Below are positions 42,003-57,395 of a stretch of DNA of 64,000 nucleotides, in pieces. Position numbers and translations under genes: made by a program. Source of the stretch: Octopus vulgaris (Eukaryota); NCBI GenBank assembly GCA_951406725.2, contig OX597826.1, positions 51,894,001 through 51,958,000 on the forward strand. Direction: 5' to 3'. Numbering within the stretch: position 1 is the stretch's first letter; every line of letters begins with the position of its first letter. The notes beneath the pieces were generated by a model, which worked only from the letters and a program-made list of their open reading frames with translations, was not told the DNA's origin and did not search any database.

Positions 42003-42590
42003 CGTGTGTATTTATATGTGTGTGTGTGCGTGTGTTTGTTTGTGTGTATGTGTGTATATATTCGTATTTATATATATATATATATATATATGAATACGAA
42101 TATATATATACACTCACTCATACACACGCACACATATTTGTATAATGTATGCGTGTGTATGACAGAGGATTTTGTTTCGTGTCATAAACACACTAATATT
42201 AATGTCTGAGATATGGTGAAGTAATGTACGTGTGATACAAAAATTATCACATGTAGTGATTTTCACAGAATTCCAGCAGTGTCCTAGCGGCCATTTATAT
42301 AATTTCAGTTCACTTCACTTATGTATCTTCATATATGTATCTGTAGTGTCCGTCCTGTAGGGTAGTTTTCTTTTTCTGTAACACCTGAAGCTGATATTGT
42401 ATTCTAACAAAGTGTAAACAAATGTCATTTTCTTTCTGTCTACAGTGAGAAAAAAAGTTATTACCTGACTAGTTTCGCTTTTCACTTCATTTATATCTGA
42501 AATACTATAACATTTGATCTGCCTGTGTATTATAATTTTATTAATTGAAATATACATGAATGAATGGCTCCAAAATTTTAATCTGATACA

Positions 42591-42637
<47 letters not shown>

Positions 42638-42734
42638 TGTAAATTATGAAGAACATTATGCTATTAGTTGGGATTAAAGGATTAGAGATGTCTTGGGTTG
42701 ATATACAATTGTGATGAATTATAAAATTTCGTAA

Positions 42735-42960
42735 GGCGGCGAGCTGGCAGAAACGTTAGCACGCCGGGCGAAATGCGTAGCCGTATTTCGTCTACGTTCT
42801 GAGTTCAAATTCCGTCGAAGTCGACTTTGCCTTTCATCCTTTCGGGGTCGATTAAATAAGTACCAGTTACGCACTGGGGTCGATATAATCGACTTAATCC
42901 GTTTGTCTGTCCTTGTGTGTCCCCTCTGTATTTAGCCCCTTGTGAGTAGTAAAGAAATAG
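42735..42960 (+). mobile_element. SINE family A copy
   Basis: Near-identical to 10631-10861. TSD-like tataaaatttcgt (42720-42732) / tatagaatttcgt (42964-42976). Confidence 0.9.
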
Positions 42961-44244
42961 AAATATAGAATTTCGTTTTATCTTCTGTGCTAAGGGGTAT
43001 GTATGTAATCCATTGATTAGACATATGACTTATTTATATTTTTTAATGGATACCGAGCTGGATTGTTGCCCACAGGTCAGTCCTGACTAAGCAAACATCT
43101 TTACTTCTATTCCGTAAAAAATTCCATTGCCGTTCTTCTGTCAAGCTTTATTTCTTAAGTTGAATCAGTCGAGCGACCCATCTTCCTGCTGATCTTGATC
43201 CTTTTACTACTGTTGTCTCCTCAAATAAAAAGTGCTTCGACTTTAGTTGTTTATCACGAATGTCTGTTTTATGGAATTGCATTCTTTGTATTTCCTTGTT
43301 AATTCTTTGATATATTACGTTGATCGTTTTATGAATCTCACAGCAGCCTCTCATTACATTTCATTTTCTTTCCTTTTGTACCACCCAACATACTAACTGG
43401 TTGCTTCAGACCTGTTTCGTTACTCGTTGCTTTCTAAATGTTGAGACTGATTTCCATAAATAAATGAATAAATAAATGAAAATTCAAAAAAAATTAAAAA
43501 CATACTTATGATCAAAGCTATTCCATCTTTCGCGCTGTTGTGGTTTGTATATTAAGGAGTACATTGACCAATGTATCTTTCTTTTCTCGGAGAGTGATAG
43601 TATGTTATTTGAAGTCAAAATGTTACTATTTCTAGCGGGTGTTTTCGATAGGAAGAAGTGATATTTAGGAATCTATTAGTGTAGAATATTAGATATAATA
43701 AAGATCCGATCGATAATTTGGAATCTTTTCTATTGTCTCTAGTTTTACCTCAAGGCTATTTTCGTTTATATTGTCGAGATAGAAATTGTTAATGGTCGCC
43801 TGTTATCTCAATTTGTCTCAGTTCAAGGCTTTCTTCCAACTTGAATAAACATTTCAAACTGGCAACAGTAATTCCTTTACACAACAACCAAAAGAGAAGT
43901 ATCTACATTTTTTGTTAATTTGGTCTTCAATAGTATTATTTAGGCAGATCGAATAAATATTTCGATAAGATTTCTGGAAGAATATGTTGAATATGGATTA
44001 ATCATCAGATATTTCAGTTGTTTCTTCCAATAAATAACAAGCATTATATCCATATTTACTTTTTAAGGATTTCTTTCCCGATAGTTCAGTATTCAATGAT
44101 CGATGCGAAACCAATCAATGGTTTCTCTACATGCCAGCACATCGAACTTCTCCCGCAGTAAATAAATAATGATTCGAAAACTTTGGGCTTCGTATTTTGT
44201 GACAAAGGAAGAAGCGAACGGCGAAATAACTGTTTTGAAATATG

Positions 44245-45488
44245 TACGACGGTGGGCTGAAAAGTTCATAAGACGATTATAAGGGAGTGATGCTGGAGCT
44301 GTGAAGTCTTGGATGCATTTATTTCCACTGACATCTGACTGTTCGAAGAATATTTCAAAAGTAACTAGTAAGAATAGTAGAATCGACAAAATTTGGCATC
44401 GTGGTGTTATCAAGTACCTGCAGAAAAGGGGTTTATCCCTCAGCGACATTCATGATGACATGATTACTGCATTAGAGGATGCCCCTCCAGCTTTGTCAAC
44501 GGCGCAAATGTGGGTAGTTGTGTTTAGAAGTAAGGGGGAGAATCTTGGAGATGACAAAAACGTCTGGAGGTCCTGCAACTGCTACCACCAAGGAAAATCT
44601 TGATCGATCTTGTTCTCCACTCAATGATGGAATGCAGACGATTGACTAGAAATCACATAGCCAAAGCTATTAGCATATCCCGTTAGTGACTTGAGAATAT
44701 TCTGCACAATAAACTTGGTATGACAAAGTGTTCTACTCTGTGAGTGCCACGTCTTCTGACGCCTGATCAAAAGTGCACCAGTCTGATCACATCAAGGGAA
44801 AATATGACTTTGTTCGAGGCAAATTCAGCTTGTTTCCTTGAACATTTCCTAACCCAGATGAGTTTTAGGGTCACTACTTTGAGCCCGAGAAAAAAGACAA
44901 TCCATGAACTTGAAACCTCACCTGCTCCAAAGAGGGCTAAATTCGTCTTAGCTGCAGAGAGGTTGGTGACCTCTGTTTGTTGCGGTGTAAAAGGCATTGT
45001 TTATTGACTATGTTAAAAATGCACTCGACATCAATAAAGAGTACTATGCCAACTTACTGAGGCACGAATGGTTATCGATAACAAGCAACTAGGAAAACTG
45101 ACGAAAAATCTCTTGTTTCATTAGTACAATGCCCCAACACACAAGCCCTTGGTTTCAATGCTGCTGTGCATGACTGTAGCTTTGAACTGATTGACCACTC
45201 TCTCTATTCTCTTCATTCGGTCTCATCTACTGTATCATATGTTCTACAACATGAAAAAAACACTTGGCTGGGAATCAGTGTCGCAATGATAGTGGCACCA
45301 TATCTATTGTTGATGACATTTTCGATCAACAGAATGAAAGCTTCTTCACCAATGAGATCCAAACTCTGCAACAACGATGGGATAAGTGTGCGGAGCGCAT
45401 GAGGAGACTATATCGGAAAACGAGCCACCTTTGGTCCCATTCATAAGAGTCTCTCGATCAGCCTATGAATTTTCAATCGACATTTGTG
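44245..45488 (+). mobile_element. Full-length decayed mariner element (~1.24 kb)
   Basis: TA + TIR cgacggtgggctgaaaagttcata and a degenerate right TIR cctatgaattttcaatcgac. Transposase relics HRGVIKYLQKRGLS, (W)VPRLLTPDQK, KGIV.IDY, L.QRWDKC. Confidence 0.88.
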
Positions 45489-45718
45489 GGTCTTTATTTC
45501 TGTGTCCTGAGATCAAATCGTATCCAGCTTAACTATATTTTAATTAATTCAGAAAAAAGCATGATATCTACCTCCAAGAAAACATGCTTTAGTTACGGGT
45601 GACTTCACGTACTTTCTGGTCACCCTTGTGGAAATAATATTCTACAACTCTAATATTTCTGACTTCAACAAAAGAAGAATCTAGAACAATAATTGAACCA
45701 TGACAATAAATGCGAACA

Positions 45719-45784
<66 letters not shown>

Positions 45785-45785
45785 A

Positions 45786-45842
<57 letters not shown>

Positions 45843-47469
45843 GTATGTACGTGTCTTTAAATTTTTAATTCTTCTGCTTGCTCCACGACAAAGCGTTCTT
45901 TCTATTAATTTCTCTGTATTCAATCAGTTATCATTCCGCTGAAGCTCACCGTTAAATCACAGACGAAATTCTTTTATTCGGGATAATTTACTAAACTTGC
46001 AATTCCCAATTACTAATTTTAATTTCCTGCACTTAAAGTTTAGCACCAACCCAAACGACTTCACTGAATCTTCTCATTTAGGCAGCGTTGTCTGAATAGC
46101 GGTTCCTTTCCATAATGATATTTACTGGTGGAAGCCACAAAATTGCTCGTCATGCGACAAATGGCTTCTAAATCTCCCTGACATAACAGCTTACTGTCTT
46201 AAAAACGGAGGGACACATTGCATAATGTGGACCTTGATACATAAAATCACAAAAGAGAAAGTGCTGGTCATGGTTTTAACGTAGTTGGCCATTAATTTGC
46301 TCAAGACAGGTTTATTTAAACAACAGCAACAACTCCGAACAACGATGTTCTAGTTATCCAACACTACCATTTGAATATAAATGCTCCATTTTATCTATCG
46401 TTTGCACAGAGGCCGTATCATAGCCAATTAGGCTTATCCAAGGTTTGGTTATTGTTAGTTAGAAACTGTTCCCAATCTATTGTATTGCAGGTTCCATTGT
46501 CAATAAAGTGCCTCTGTGTCTATGATCTCCAGAGGGCATAATTCTGAAACCAGTATTTACAGTGGAGATTCAGATATCCACTACATACTAGTAGGGTAAT
46601 TACTATGTTATGCAAACTGTAATTACAAAGACTTAAAACTAGAAAAAAGTACTATAAAGACGCATCAACATATACACAACGTTGATGCAAACTCTTCAAA
46701 ATTCCGCTTTTTTATAAATATTCTAATTTCTCTGTTGATGCGTAAATTTACGACTAAGTCATATCTTCCATTTTATTTCACTGTTAAACTCGGTGAAAGT
46801 GTGTAACACTTAAACTTGTTGCATTATGTTGCAATTTTCAATTATGTTTTCAATTTGTACGATAGATAAGATTTTTGAATGTTTGATGATAATACAGTGT
46901 AGATTTTTGACAACTGATAGAAGACTCTCTCAATTAGGATGAACGGTGCTCATTCACACAGACAATCATACACATAGACAAAGATACACAGACACATCCT
47001 CTTTTATACATTATTCACAAAAGCAAGCTTTAAGTATATTTTTATAAACAAAAAGATCCGACTAAAAGCATTATTTTCCCATCAGCCAAACGCGAACCAT
47101 CCATTCGGGGAGTAACTGCTATGTTAGTCCATCAGTAAAAATTAGAATTGAAAACTTCTTAAAAGGAAAAATATACGATATCTTGATATAGCTTTTGTGA
47201 CTACGTTATAAGATATATCTTAAAATGTAGGTTTATTATGGCCAGATTGATTTTAATCCTAAATATTCTCTATAATGACTGAGAAGGATTTCTTCAACAA
47301 GATAAGTATCTTACACCGTTGTCTATGTTGTCTATGTCGTCGTCATCACCTTCCTCATCGTTATTGGTATTATTCTTTGATGCAAACTCAGTTTTTTGGG
47401 GGTTGAGTATGATGGAAAATGTCAGCTGTCCACAACCAACCAACTAAGTCGACACTTGTTTACTTGTCA

Positions 47470-48150
47470 ATCTTCAAGATCCCTTTGAAGAATTCTTGCA
47501 GTTCCAAGCAATGATGATTTTTGTAGGTGTTCTACCTTTGCGTTTGTACCAATCTTTTTTGACCCATGTACTCCCCTCATTGACCACAACCTTCGTTTTT
47601 CCCCCCTTCAAAGTATCGTAGTTGTTCAGTTTTTCTTCTTTCTCTTTGATCCTATTGTCACCGGGATATGCTATGTCGATTATCATGTATGCTCATTCAC
47701 TTTTTTCCACCACAACACTGTCCGATTTCCAATGTCTGGACAGGTGATCGCACTGAATCATTGTATCACACAAGATTTTGCAATTTTCAGTCTCGGTGAC
47801 CCCTTCAGGGGTTTTCTCATACTACGTCTTTGCTTTTGCTAGCCGTGATTTTCGCAGAGCTCCCAATGGATCATTCTTGTCATACTGTTATGTCTTTTGT
47901 ATTCGCGTTGTGCTAATTTCTGGTATTCGCTAACGGTGTGCATACCATTTCACACCTCTCACCACACTTTCTGCATTTGTCGCTGGCGGTAGTGTTGTCG
48001 ATTCTGCATATCACATAGTTAGTCCTTAACGCTTGTTCTTGTGCTTCTCTCTCTATCTTCAGATCCCTCCACCTCATCCATTGCCACCGGCCTTCTGTAT
48101 CTCTCTTGGCATTTGTATCTCTTGCAAACTGACCGTATATTTTCTCCTTG
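47470..48150 (-). mobile_element. R4/Dong-like non-LTR retrotransposon 3' fragment
   Basis: YGQFARD, LKIE.EAQEQALRTNY..CRID...KCRKCG, PEGVTE....KIL.D and IIDIAYPGD.RIKEKE. Confidence 0.8.
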
Positions 48151-48178
48151 CAGTGTGTGTGTGTTTCTGTGGGGGTGC

Positions 48179-48219
<41 letters not shown>

Positions 48220-48220
<1 letters not shown>

Positions 48221-48647
48221 GAGTGGCTATAGGCGTAGGAATGACTGTGTGGTAAGTAGCTTGCTTACCAACCACATGGTTCCGGTTTCAGTACCACTAC
48301 GTGGCATCTTTGGCAAGTGCCTTCTACTATAGGCTCGGGTCGACCAAAGCCTTGTGAGTGGATTTGGTAGACGGAAACTGAAAGTAGCCCGTCGTATATA
48401 TCTGTATATATATGTATGTGTGTGTATATGTTTATGTGTCTGTGTTTGCCCCCCCCAACTTCGCTTGACAACAGATGCTGCTGTGTTTACGTCCCCGTTA
48501 CATAGTGGTTCGGCAAAAAAGACCAATAGAATAAGTACTAGGCTTACAAAGAATAATTCCTGGAGTCAATTTGCTCGACTAAAGGCGGTGCTCCAGCATA
48601 GCCACAGTCAAATGACTGAAACAAATAAAAGAGTAAAAGAGTAAGAG
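48220..48647 (+). mobile_element. tRNA-derived SINE family B, full length
   Basis: Head ggagtggct..gtgtggtaagtagcttgcttaccaaccacatggttccggtttcagt, internal (TG)n and (gagtaaaa)n tail. Several copies in this window. Confidence 0.88.
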
Positions 48648-49251
48648 TATATATATATTTTTTTTCAGTGTATATATGTGTACATTTGTGCATGGCTGAG
48701 TGTATGTATGAATGTATGAGCATATGTATATATGTATAGATATATTTATAGATATAGACGTCTGTGGGTGTGTGTCTCTGTGTTTGTAATTGAAAAATGA
48801 TTTAAAAGTGAAAGGCAGGGGATAATCTTACTATTTATCTATGTTATTGTAAAGAAAATACCGTTTAGAGATGAAATTCTTAACAGCAATGTCTCTATAT
48901 ATTACGGTCTCATGACAATACAACAGCTTTCCATTTTATATATCATATCATATAATTTTACTATACGATAAAGTATAGTATTTGTGCTTTGACTCAGGTT
49001 TTCATGTTTTCTCTCTTTTCTTTAGGATGATGATTAAGTAATGCTGGCAGTATATTGTAGTGTTATATTGTCTTAAACTAGAGCGCTGTATGAGTTCTCC
49101 TCTTTTTAAGTTTTTATAAGTCACTATCTTTCTGTCGTTTATAGTTTCAAAGGTAGGTGCTATGATGATAGCTTCTTTTTTGGAATTTTTACGTTATCAC
49201 TATTTTTCCAGTTATATTGACTTATAAACGTACATACATACATTCATACGT

Positions 49252-49343
<92 letters not shown>

Positions 49344-49529
49344 GTATACACATGTCTGCAGATATGTAAAGATATGTAATTATATTTACGTAGGATGTAT
49401 ATATATATACATATGTGTACATATACATATACATATACATATACATACATACATATATATACACATATATGTATGTGTTTATTTACACACACACACACGT
49501 ACACATACGTGTGTGTGTTTGTGCATATA

Positions 49530-49558
49530 TAATAATAATGATAATAATAATGATAATA

Positions 49559-49639
<81 letters not shown>

Positions 49640-49669
49640 GTAATAATAATAGTAATGATAACAGTAATG

Positions 49670-49717
<48 letters not shown>

Positions 49718-49753
49718 GTAATAGTAATAATAATAGTAATGATAACAGTAATG

Positions 49754-49838
<85 letters not shown>
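49530..49838. repeat. (AAT)n microsatellite, ~300 bp
   Basis: Direct reading. Confidence 0.95.
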
Positions 49839-49983
49839 TTATACTAGAAAAAGTATTCAAAATTTATAAATAGATGATGAATAAGGCATCCGGCACAGTT
49901 TAGGGTACCTGTTGTTATGTATTGTACTTAATAAAGTCTAATACACATTCCATCCTCTATTTTATTAATACTATATATATATG

Positions 49984-50057
<74 letters not shown>

Positions 50058-50405
50058 AATATATATACATGTGTGTGAGTACATACACGCATATATATAT
50101 ATATGTATGTATGTATATATATATATTTATATATATAAATTTGTGGATGCATATATATTAATTTTTTGACACATACTGTTGTCAGCTCAATAGATGCTAA
50201 AACACTCCTTTCTAATGCTTTTTGACTATAGTATCTAGATAAGTTCTGTTAATCTCCAAGTGCTTGTGAAGTGACATGTTCCAAACTATATCCATTTTGG
50301 CGTTTTGTGCAAATTGTATGCTTGCACAATCTCTTTTTCTCCTTTTTTTAATGTTTCTGTATTCCTAGGATAGAAACTAGTGTATGAAGCCTCGAAGCAA
50401 CACAA

Positions 50406-50406
50406 T

Positions 50407-50445
<39 letters not shown>

Positions 50446-50472
50446 TCTCTCTCTATCTCTCTATCAATCTGT

Positions 50473-50554
<82 letters not shown>

Positions 50555-50597
50555 GTTTATCTATCTATCTATTTATCTATCTATCTATCTGTTTATC

Positions 50598-50684
<87 letters not shown>

Positions 50685-50690
50685 GTTTAT
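50406..50690. repeat. (CT)n + (TATC)n microsatellite
   Basis: Direct reading. Confidence 0.95.
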
Positions 50691-51099
50691 CTATTCATGT
50701 TTATGTATGTGTCGATTTATCCGTCTTTCTACCTATCTATCTGTCTATCCATCTATCTTACTCCGTCTCCCTTTCTCTTCATATATATATATATATATGT
50801 GTGTTTGTGCGTGTATGTGTGCGTATGCGCGTGTGTGCGCGCGCACGTACGTGTATACGCATGTGTGCATGTGCGAGTATTACTATCTGTCCATCTTTCT
50901 ATCTGTCTATATTCTGTCCTCTGCCTCTCTCTCTGTATGAAAGCGCTTGCGTGCGCGCGTATGTGAAGTGTTTGTCGTTCAACTGAATCAATCACTCTCA
51001 TTATCTGATAACGGTTTAGTCTCAAAGGAGCTGTGCCCACAGTTTAGAATAGCAGTGAGACATACAGTAAGTTCTGCAGTAATATCATATGAAGAGTAT

Positions 51100-51511
51100 C
51101 GAGCTAGCAGAAACGTTAGCACGCCGGGCGAAATGCTTAGCCGTATTTCGTCTGCCGCTACGTTCCGAGTTCAAATTTCACCGAGGTCGACTTCGGCTTT
51201 CGTCCTTTCGGGGGTCGATAAATTAAGTACCAGTTACGCACTGGGGTCGATGTAATCGACTTAATACCTATGTCTGTCCTTGTTTGTCCCCCTCTGTGTT
51301 TAGCCCCTTGTGGGTAATAAAGAAATAGGTATTTCGTCTACCGCTACGTTCCGAGTTCAAATTCCGCCGGGGTCGACTTCGCCTTTCATCCTTTCGGGAT
51401 CGATAAATTAAGTACCACTTACGCACTGGGATCGATGTAAACGACTTAATACCTATGTCTGCCCTTGTTTGTCCCCTCTATGTTTAGCCCCTCGTGGGTA
51501 ATAAAGAAATA
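51100..51511 (+). mobile_element. SINE family A, head-to-tail partial dimer
   Basis: Unit 51100-51327 is followed immediately by a 5'-truncated second unit, 51328-51511. Confidence 0.9.
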
Positions 51512-51788
51512 AGTATCTTTGTGGAAAGAAGCGACTGCGCATACATTTAAGCATTTTCCTAAATACCTAAAACGCATTCTACGTTCAGGTTACCTTATGT
51601 ACGAGACAGCAATGAGCTAACGAAAATAATTTCGTAATTCATGTTTTTCTGTTATTCATGCATCTTTTTCTTTTTATCTTTTATCTTTTACCTGTTTCAG
51701 TTATTTGACAGAATCTCTGCATATGTGCTTATGCTAATGTTACAAATTTGCAGTATCTTTATGCATTTTCCAAGTGGTATGAATGTAA

Positions 51789-52031
51789 GGCGGCGAACTG
51801 GCAGAAACGTTAGTGCACCGGGCGAAATGCTTAGCGGTATTGCGTCTGCCGTTACGTTCTGAGTTCAAATTCCGCCGAGGTCCACTTTGCCTTTCATCTT
51901 TTCAGGGTCGATTAAATAAGTATGTCGATAAAGTAAGTACCAGTTACGCACTGGGGTCGATATAATCGACTTAATACGTTTGTGTATCCTTGTTTGTCCC
52001 CTCTATGTTTTGCCCCTTGTGGGTAAGAAAT
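51789..52031 (+). mobile_element. SINE family A copy
   Basis: Aligns with the 10631 and 42735 copies, with a small internal duplication around gtcgat..aataagta. Confidence 0.88.
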
Positions 52032-52371
52032 AAGATTTAGTCCTCTGCTCTGGTCAGCCCAAGATGGAATAATTTTTCTGTTCCCTCTACATTTCATTAA
52101 TGTTCGATTGTACTCCGTGTGGAGACTTTTCTTTCTAATCATTTTCGAGGACATTTTATATCGTATAATCCCCTTTACAATCTATTTTTAAAAAATAGTT
52201 TTTGTTGTCTTACTTCTTCCTTACAACTGTCCTACTTTATTTTTTTCTTATATTTTTAGAGAAATATTTTCCTTGAAAACGGGAAATAACTATCTTCGTT
52301 TTTCTTATATTTTATTGCAATGTACGCAGATTCCTCATTTATGCATACACTCACACACAAACATATATACA

Positions 52372-52406
<35 letters not shown>

Positions 52407-53049
52407 GCATATGCTTGTATATACTTATCCTTATATATGCATATATATATACTTATATATATATATACATATATATATATACTTATATTTATATATTCAC
52501 ATATATATGTACATATATATATAGATAGGTAGATACATACATACATAGAAAAACAAATCGCTAAACACACATGTGTATGCATATAGATGTACACACATAT
52601 ATACATATATATATGTATATATGTATATATGTATATATGTATATATATATATGTATATACATATATATACTTATATATACATATATATATACATATATAT
52701 ACATATAAATGAACGCGCACACACAGACATATATAGATATTTCTTGTCCTACATCAGATATTTTATGACGATTTTGTAATTCCTGTTCATAAGTAGCTCC
52801 AATTATCCGTCGGAAACATTAGTGAAATATAGTAGCAACGTTACACCTTCAACCTCATAACTTTTATTGTTATGACAACGGATGTTCGATCGGTGAAACT
52901 GGTACTTGGCCATTTCCTTCAACTGAAGTACAAAGTAATCGAAGCTCAGGTCAAGCTCTTAGACAGAAAGGCGTGATAAGCGTGTTATAGGCTATGAGAG
53001 AAGAGGGACACATTGTAAGAAACCAATTAAGTCTTTACTCAATTAGGTC

Positions 53050-54400
53050 TGTGATAGGACGCGACAGGTACATATTATTTAACTCCAAGCAGGTGTCTCT
53101 GTTTTCCAGGGGCGCTTTTTCCATCTGAACGAGGGAAATTACTGGATGGAAATGGTAAATTTTCGGCGTATCTGTACATCGACACCCAGGGAAAATGTTG
53201 TGTAAATCCGTTTGCAATAATTGAGATACAGTAAGTAGTGGGTGTACGAGGAAAATATATTGTTTGGATGATTTTTATAACAAGTTCTATCGAGATATAA
53301 GATACGTTCCCCACCTCCTGCCAGGCATTTCTAGCAAATGACAGACTGGAAACTTATGGAGACTGGGAACATTTACCGCTTTATGAGATATGGAGTGGTA
53401 GAACTAATAACGAAGGTAATGAAGAATGGGACATCTTTGACAATTTCCGGTACATATCACAGCTGAACGTTTAAATGCTTCAGTTAAGTTGCACGAGAAA
53501 AGTTAATGTTTTTTGTTAGTATTGTATTTATAATTGCTCGAACCTGCAGTATTTCGATCAACTAACAGAAACATTTCTTCCCCTCATGAGCGATCACTAT
53601 TCACATTTTAATATGATTTCCTTCATAAGTCATTGTTATGGAAGCTTGAGAGTTAGATGCCATACTGCTCAAAGGTGAGTTCGAGGCGACCAAGTCTGAA
53701 GACGCGAATGACGTCGCTTTCCTGAGGTGGAAATCGACGAAACTTGAGGTAGTAACATTAAGACATCCACATTAACAAGCAACTGGCAGCTCGAGAATCT
53801 ACAAACGACAGTCCATAATGAACAGAGCCAAAGGTTACCGGATCGACAGTCATGTTCAAACGCTTGTGGTCTGATTCATATTGGAACTCTGTGCGGATAA
53901 GAATTGGGATGACGTTACATGGAAGATGGTCTGTTTCATTGACAAATGGGCTTTAACTGAGAAAAACCTCAACAGAAAAATTGATCATAGCTGGTGAATA
54001 CTTGCATCACACCCATTATTAATTGTCCCTTGATCGTTATTCCTCGCTCCAGTATTATCATTATAAGTTGGAGCGTCTACGCATTTGCCTCTTGTAGAAG
54101 GTACACGTTTTATTAGTGAGAGAGTCAATCTCTTATGACACTCTGCGAGAAGGGTTCGATGTATGAGGCTGCTCATACTCACGCAAACACAGGGACAACA
54201 GTGTCTGTAGATACCTCAGTAGAGTGTGAAAATGTGGAGTAGGTTTTGTGAGAAACATTCTGCTTTATATCGTGTTTGGACAGACATTCAGCCAGGAATG
54301 CAATCTGACGGCTGAGAAGTTCCGACATTCTCGTAGATTGCTACTGTCCGAGCAGCTGAAAATACATAGATGTAATCGGTCGGATAGACACACTGGTAAG
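53050..54400 (-). mobile_element. Highly decayed Ty3/gypsy gag-protease relic (tentative)
   Basis: Minus-strand fragments in the expected order: STEVSTD, LIKRV, HLPCNVIPIL, FYH, GFTQHFPWV. They resemble gypsy gag (LPxEV, LIKR, RLPxNV..IL, CWYH) and protease (GLRRxFPW) motifs. Confidence 0.35.
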
Positions 54401-54538
54401 TACTGCTAATTTAATACAGCTGCTTTCGGGGTTATGTCAATCTAAAACAAACCTAATCGTTCTAATAAGCATAACATAAATAATATGCATGCATGAAATT
54501 ATGTTACTATGTATTCCACACACACGCAGTCACCATCG

Positions 54539-54606
<68 letters not shown>

Positions 54607-54701
54607 ATATATATACATATGTGTGTGTGTGGTGTGTGTGTGTGTGTGTGTGTCAGGTACAGTATATAAATGTATATGTTAGATAGATATATATAAATAT
54701 A

Positions 54702-54799
<98 letters not shown>

Positions 54800-54909
54800 C
54801 GTATGTCGGTATTCGTATATTAACAGGAGAGGGAGAAGTTTTTATAAATATATAAAAGTTTAACGCTAAAAGTACAGGAAAGAGACTTGATGTATTGCAC
54901 TCTAGATGC

Positions 54910-54955
<46 letters not shown>

Positions 54956-54999
54956 ATATATATAAACTTAGATTAAATTAGATATGTTTCGACCAAAGA

Positions 55000-56430
55000 T
55001 TGGTCCAGGCCATGTCTAACTTAATAGCACCACCTGATAGGATTATCTAAATCCTGTTTAAGTCAAGTTTTGTTTATGGTCCATTCAAGTAATGAGATCT
55101 TGTTGAGTGAGTTGTATGCAGGTATGGGTGGCTCATCCGGTATTCCTTGGAAAAATCTGTCCAGATTCCATTTAAAGTTGATGGGATACTTTTCCTCTTT
55201 GATCTCTTTCGGGACAATATTAAACAGGGCAGGGCCTGTTGAAGAAAAGAAATTATGTCGCAGTGCACCTATATGCTGTGATCCTGAATTGGGCAGGGGA
55301 CGTATGGTCCGTGGTCCCAGTCTTGGATGAACCTTGAAACTAATGTTCAGGTCTTTTGGGCAATGCTGGCAGTATATTCTCCACATCGTACAAATGATGT
55401 ACCGCTCGCAGCGGTGCTAGAGAGAATAGAGTTTCAAGGCTTTAAGGCGGTCCCAATAATCGATATCAGTCATGTCTTTAATTCGTTTAGTGAGTGTTTT
55501 GTAAGGAGATACCATAAGGGGCAGCAGTATTCAAGGTGTGGCCGTACAAAAGAGGAGAAAAGTGGAATGATAATACCTTGTTCTCTTGACCGGAAGGTTC
55601 TTAAGATTCAGGTGCTCATCCTATGAGCTATATCGACCTTATTGCTGATGTTGGCACTCCAACTGAGATTGTTATCTAGAATTAAGCCCAGGTCTCTGAA
55701 ATTGTTAGATACTGTGAGCGGTTCCCCTGAAGGAAGAGAGTATAGCTGTTTTTGCATAGACTTCCTTCCAAAATGCATCAGCTCAAATTATCCCTCGTTC
55801 AGTTGCATTTTGTTTTTGTCTGCCCATTAAGTCACAGCATATAGATCAGACTGGAGTTGAGTTCGGTCTGCTTCTTCATTGATGATTTGCTGGAGCTTAG
55901 TGTCATCAGCAAATATTTTCACTTTGCAGTGATTTACGACGCTGGAAAGGTCATTTATGTAAATTATATAGAGAGCGGGCCAAAGACAGTCACCTGAGAG
56001 ACATCACTGGTGACTTTTTGCTAGGCTTGAGTGGACTCCATCGACTACAGCATGTGTTCTATTCGCCATGAAATACTTAATCCAGTATAAAAGTTTTCCA
56101 CGGATTCCAGCATTTGCCAATTTTGAGAGGAGGATATTATGGTCAACCCTGTCGAACGCTTTACTGAAGTCAAGAAATATGACATCAGAGTTTGAACCTG
56201 TTCCCAAGGCTTTAAGTATATCTTGAATGTGGTGCATGAGGTGTGTTAGGCAGTCCCTGCCACAGCGAAAGCCATGCTGATTTATATTTAGTAGTTTGTG
56301 GGTCTCCAGGAAGTCAGCTATCCTTGATCTTACCACTCTTTCAAATACTTTAATGGTGTGGGAAGGTGAGTGAAATTGGGCGATATTTGACTACGATAGA
56401 TCTGTTTCCCTGTCTGAAAACCGGAATGAT
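55000..56430 (-). mobile_element. CR1-like LINE reverse-transcriptase 3' fragment
   Basis: YRPISLT, QHGFRCGRDCLT, FLDFSKAFDRVDH, FADDTK, RDLG and RPHLEYC motifs, with frameshifts. Confidence 0.9.
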
Positions 56431-57228
56431 ATATATATATACATACATACATACATACGATCTCTGTGTATGTATGCGTACGAACGTCTTTCCTTGTGTG
56501 AATATGCATGCATCTATGTGTATGTTGAAATGAAATGAATAATAGCTTCCATAACTAACGTTTGAAACGTATATCTGAAGCAAACATCAATTAATATATT
56601 ATTGGCATATAATAAAAAAAAAGTATTATGACGTTCGAAGAAAATATCATCTTTAGAATTTCTATTTCTTGTTTTAATAATAACCTTTCTGATTGCTTCC
56701 TTTTTTACTTTACTGAAGTTCATTTCTCTAATATTTATATCAATGCCCAGTTCGCATTTCAAAATAATATTTATTTGCAAGTTATATTCTGAAAAATTAT
56801 CTTTATATTTATAGAAATAACTTAAGCAAATGAATGATGGAAATGGTATTGAATTAAAGATGTAGAAGCGCGCCTGGAAATAGTCATAAATGAGAGTTTC
56901 TGAAGAATACGTTTTATTAGGAGTTATATATAACATATGCACATTCATACACAAGAACACAGAGACGCATAGAAATATACACATCTGTATATGTATATAT
57001 GTATATATGCGTGTGTGTGTGTGTGTGTGTGTGTGCGTGTGTGTGTGTATCTGTGTGTATACAAACACGTAATATACATGCAGGCATACATACATGCATA
57101 CATACGCACACACACACATATATATATGCATGTATGCATATATACATATATATGGGTATATATGTATATATATATATATATATATGGGTATATATGTGTA
57201 TATATATATATGTATGTAAACGTATATG

Positions 57229-57280
<52 letters not shown>

Positions 57281-57356
57281 TGCATATACATGCATCTGTA
57301 TGTACGCACAGAGACTCAGACACAGACACAAACACACACACACACACACACTCACA

Positions 57357-57395
<39 letters not shown>

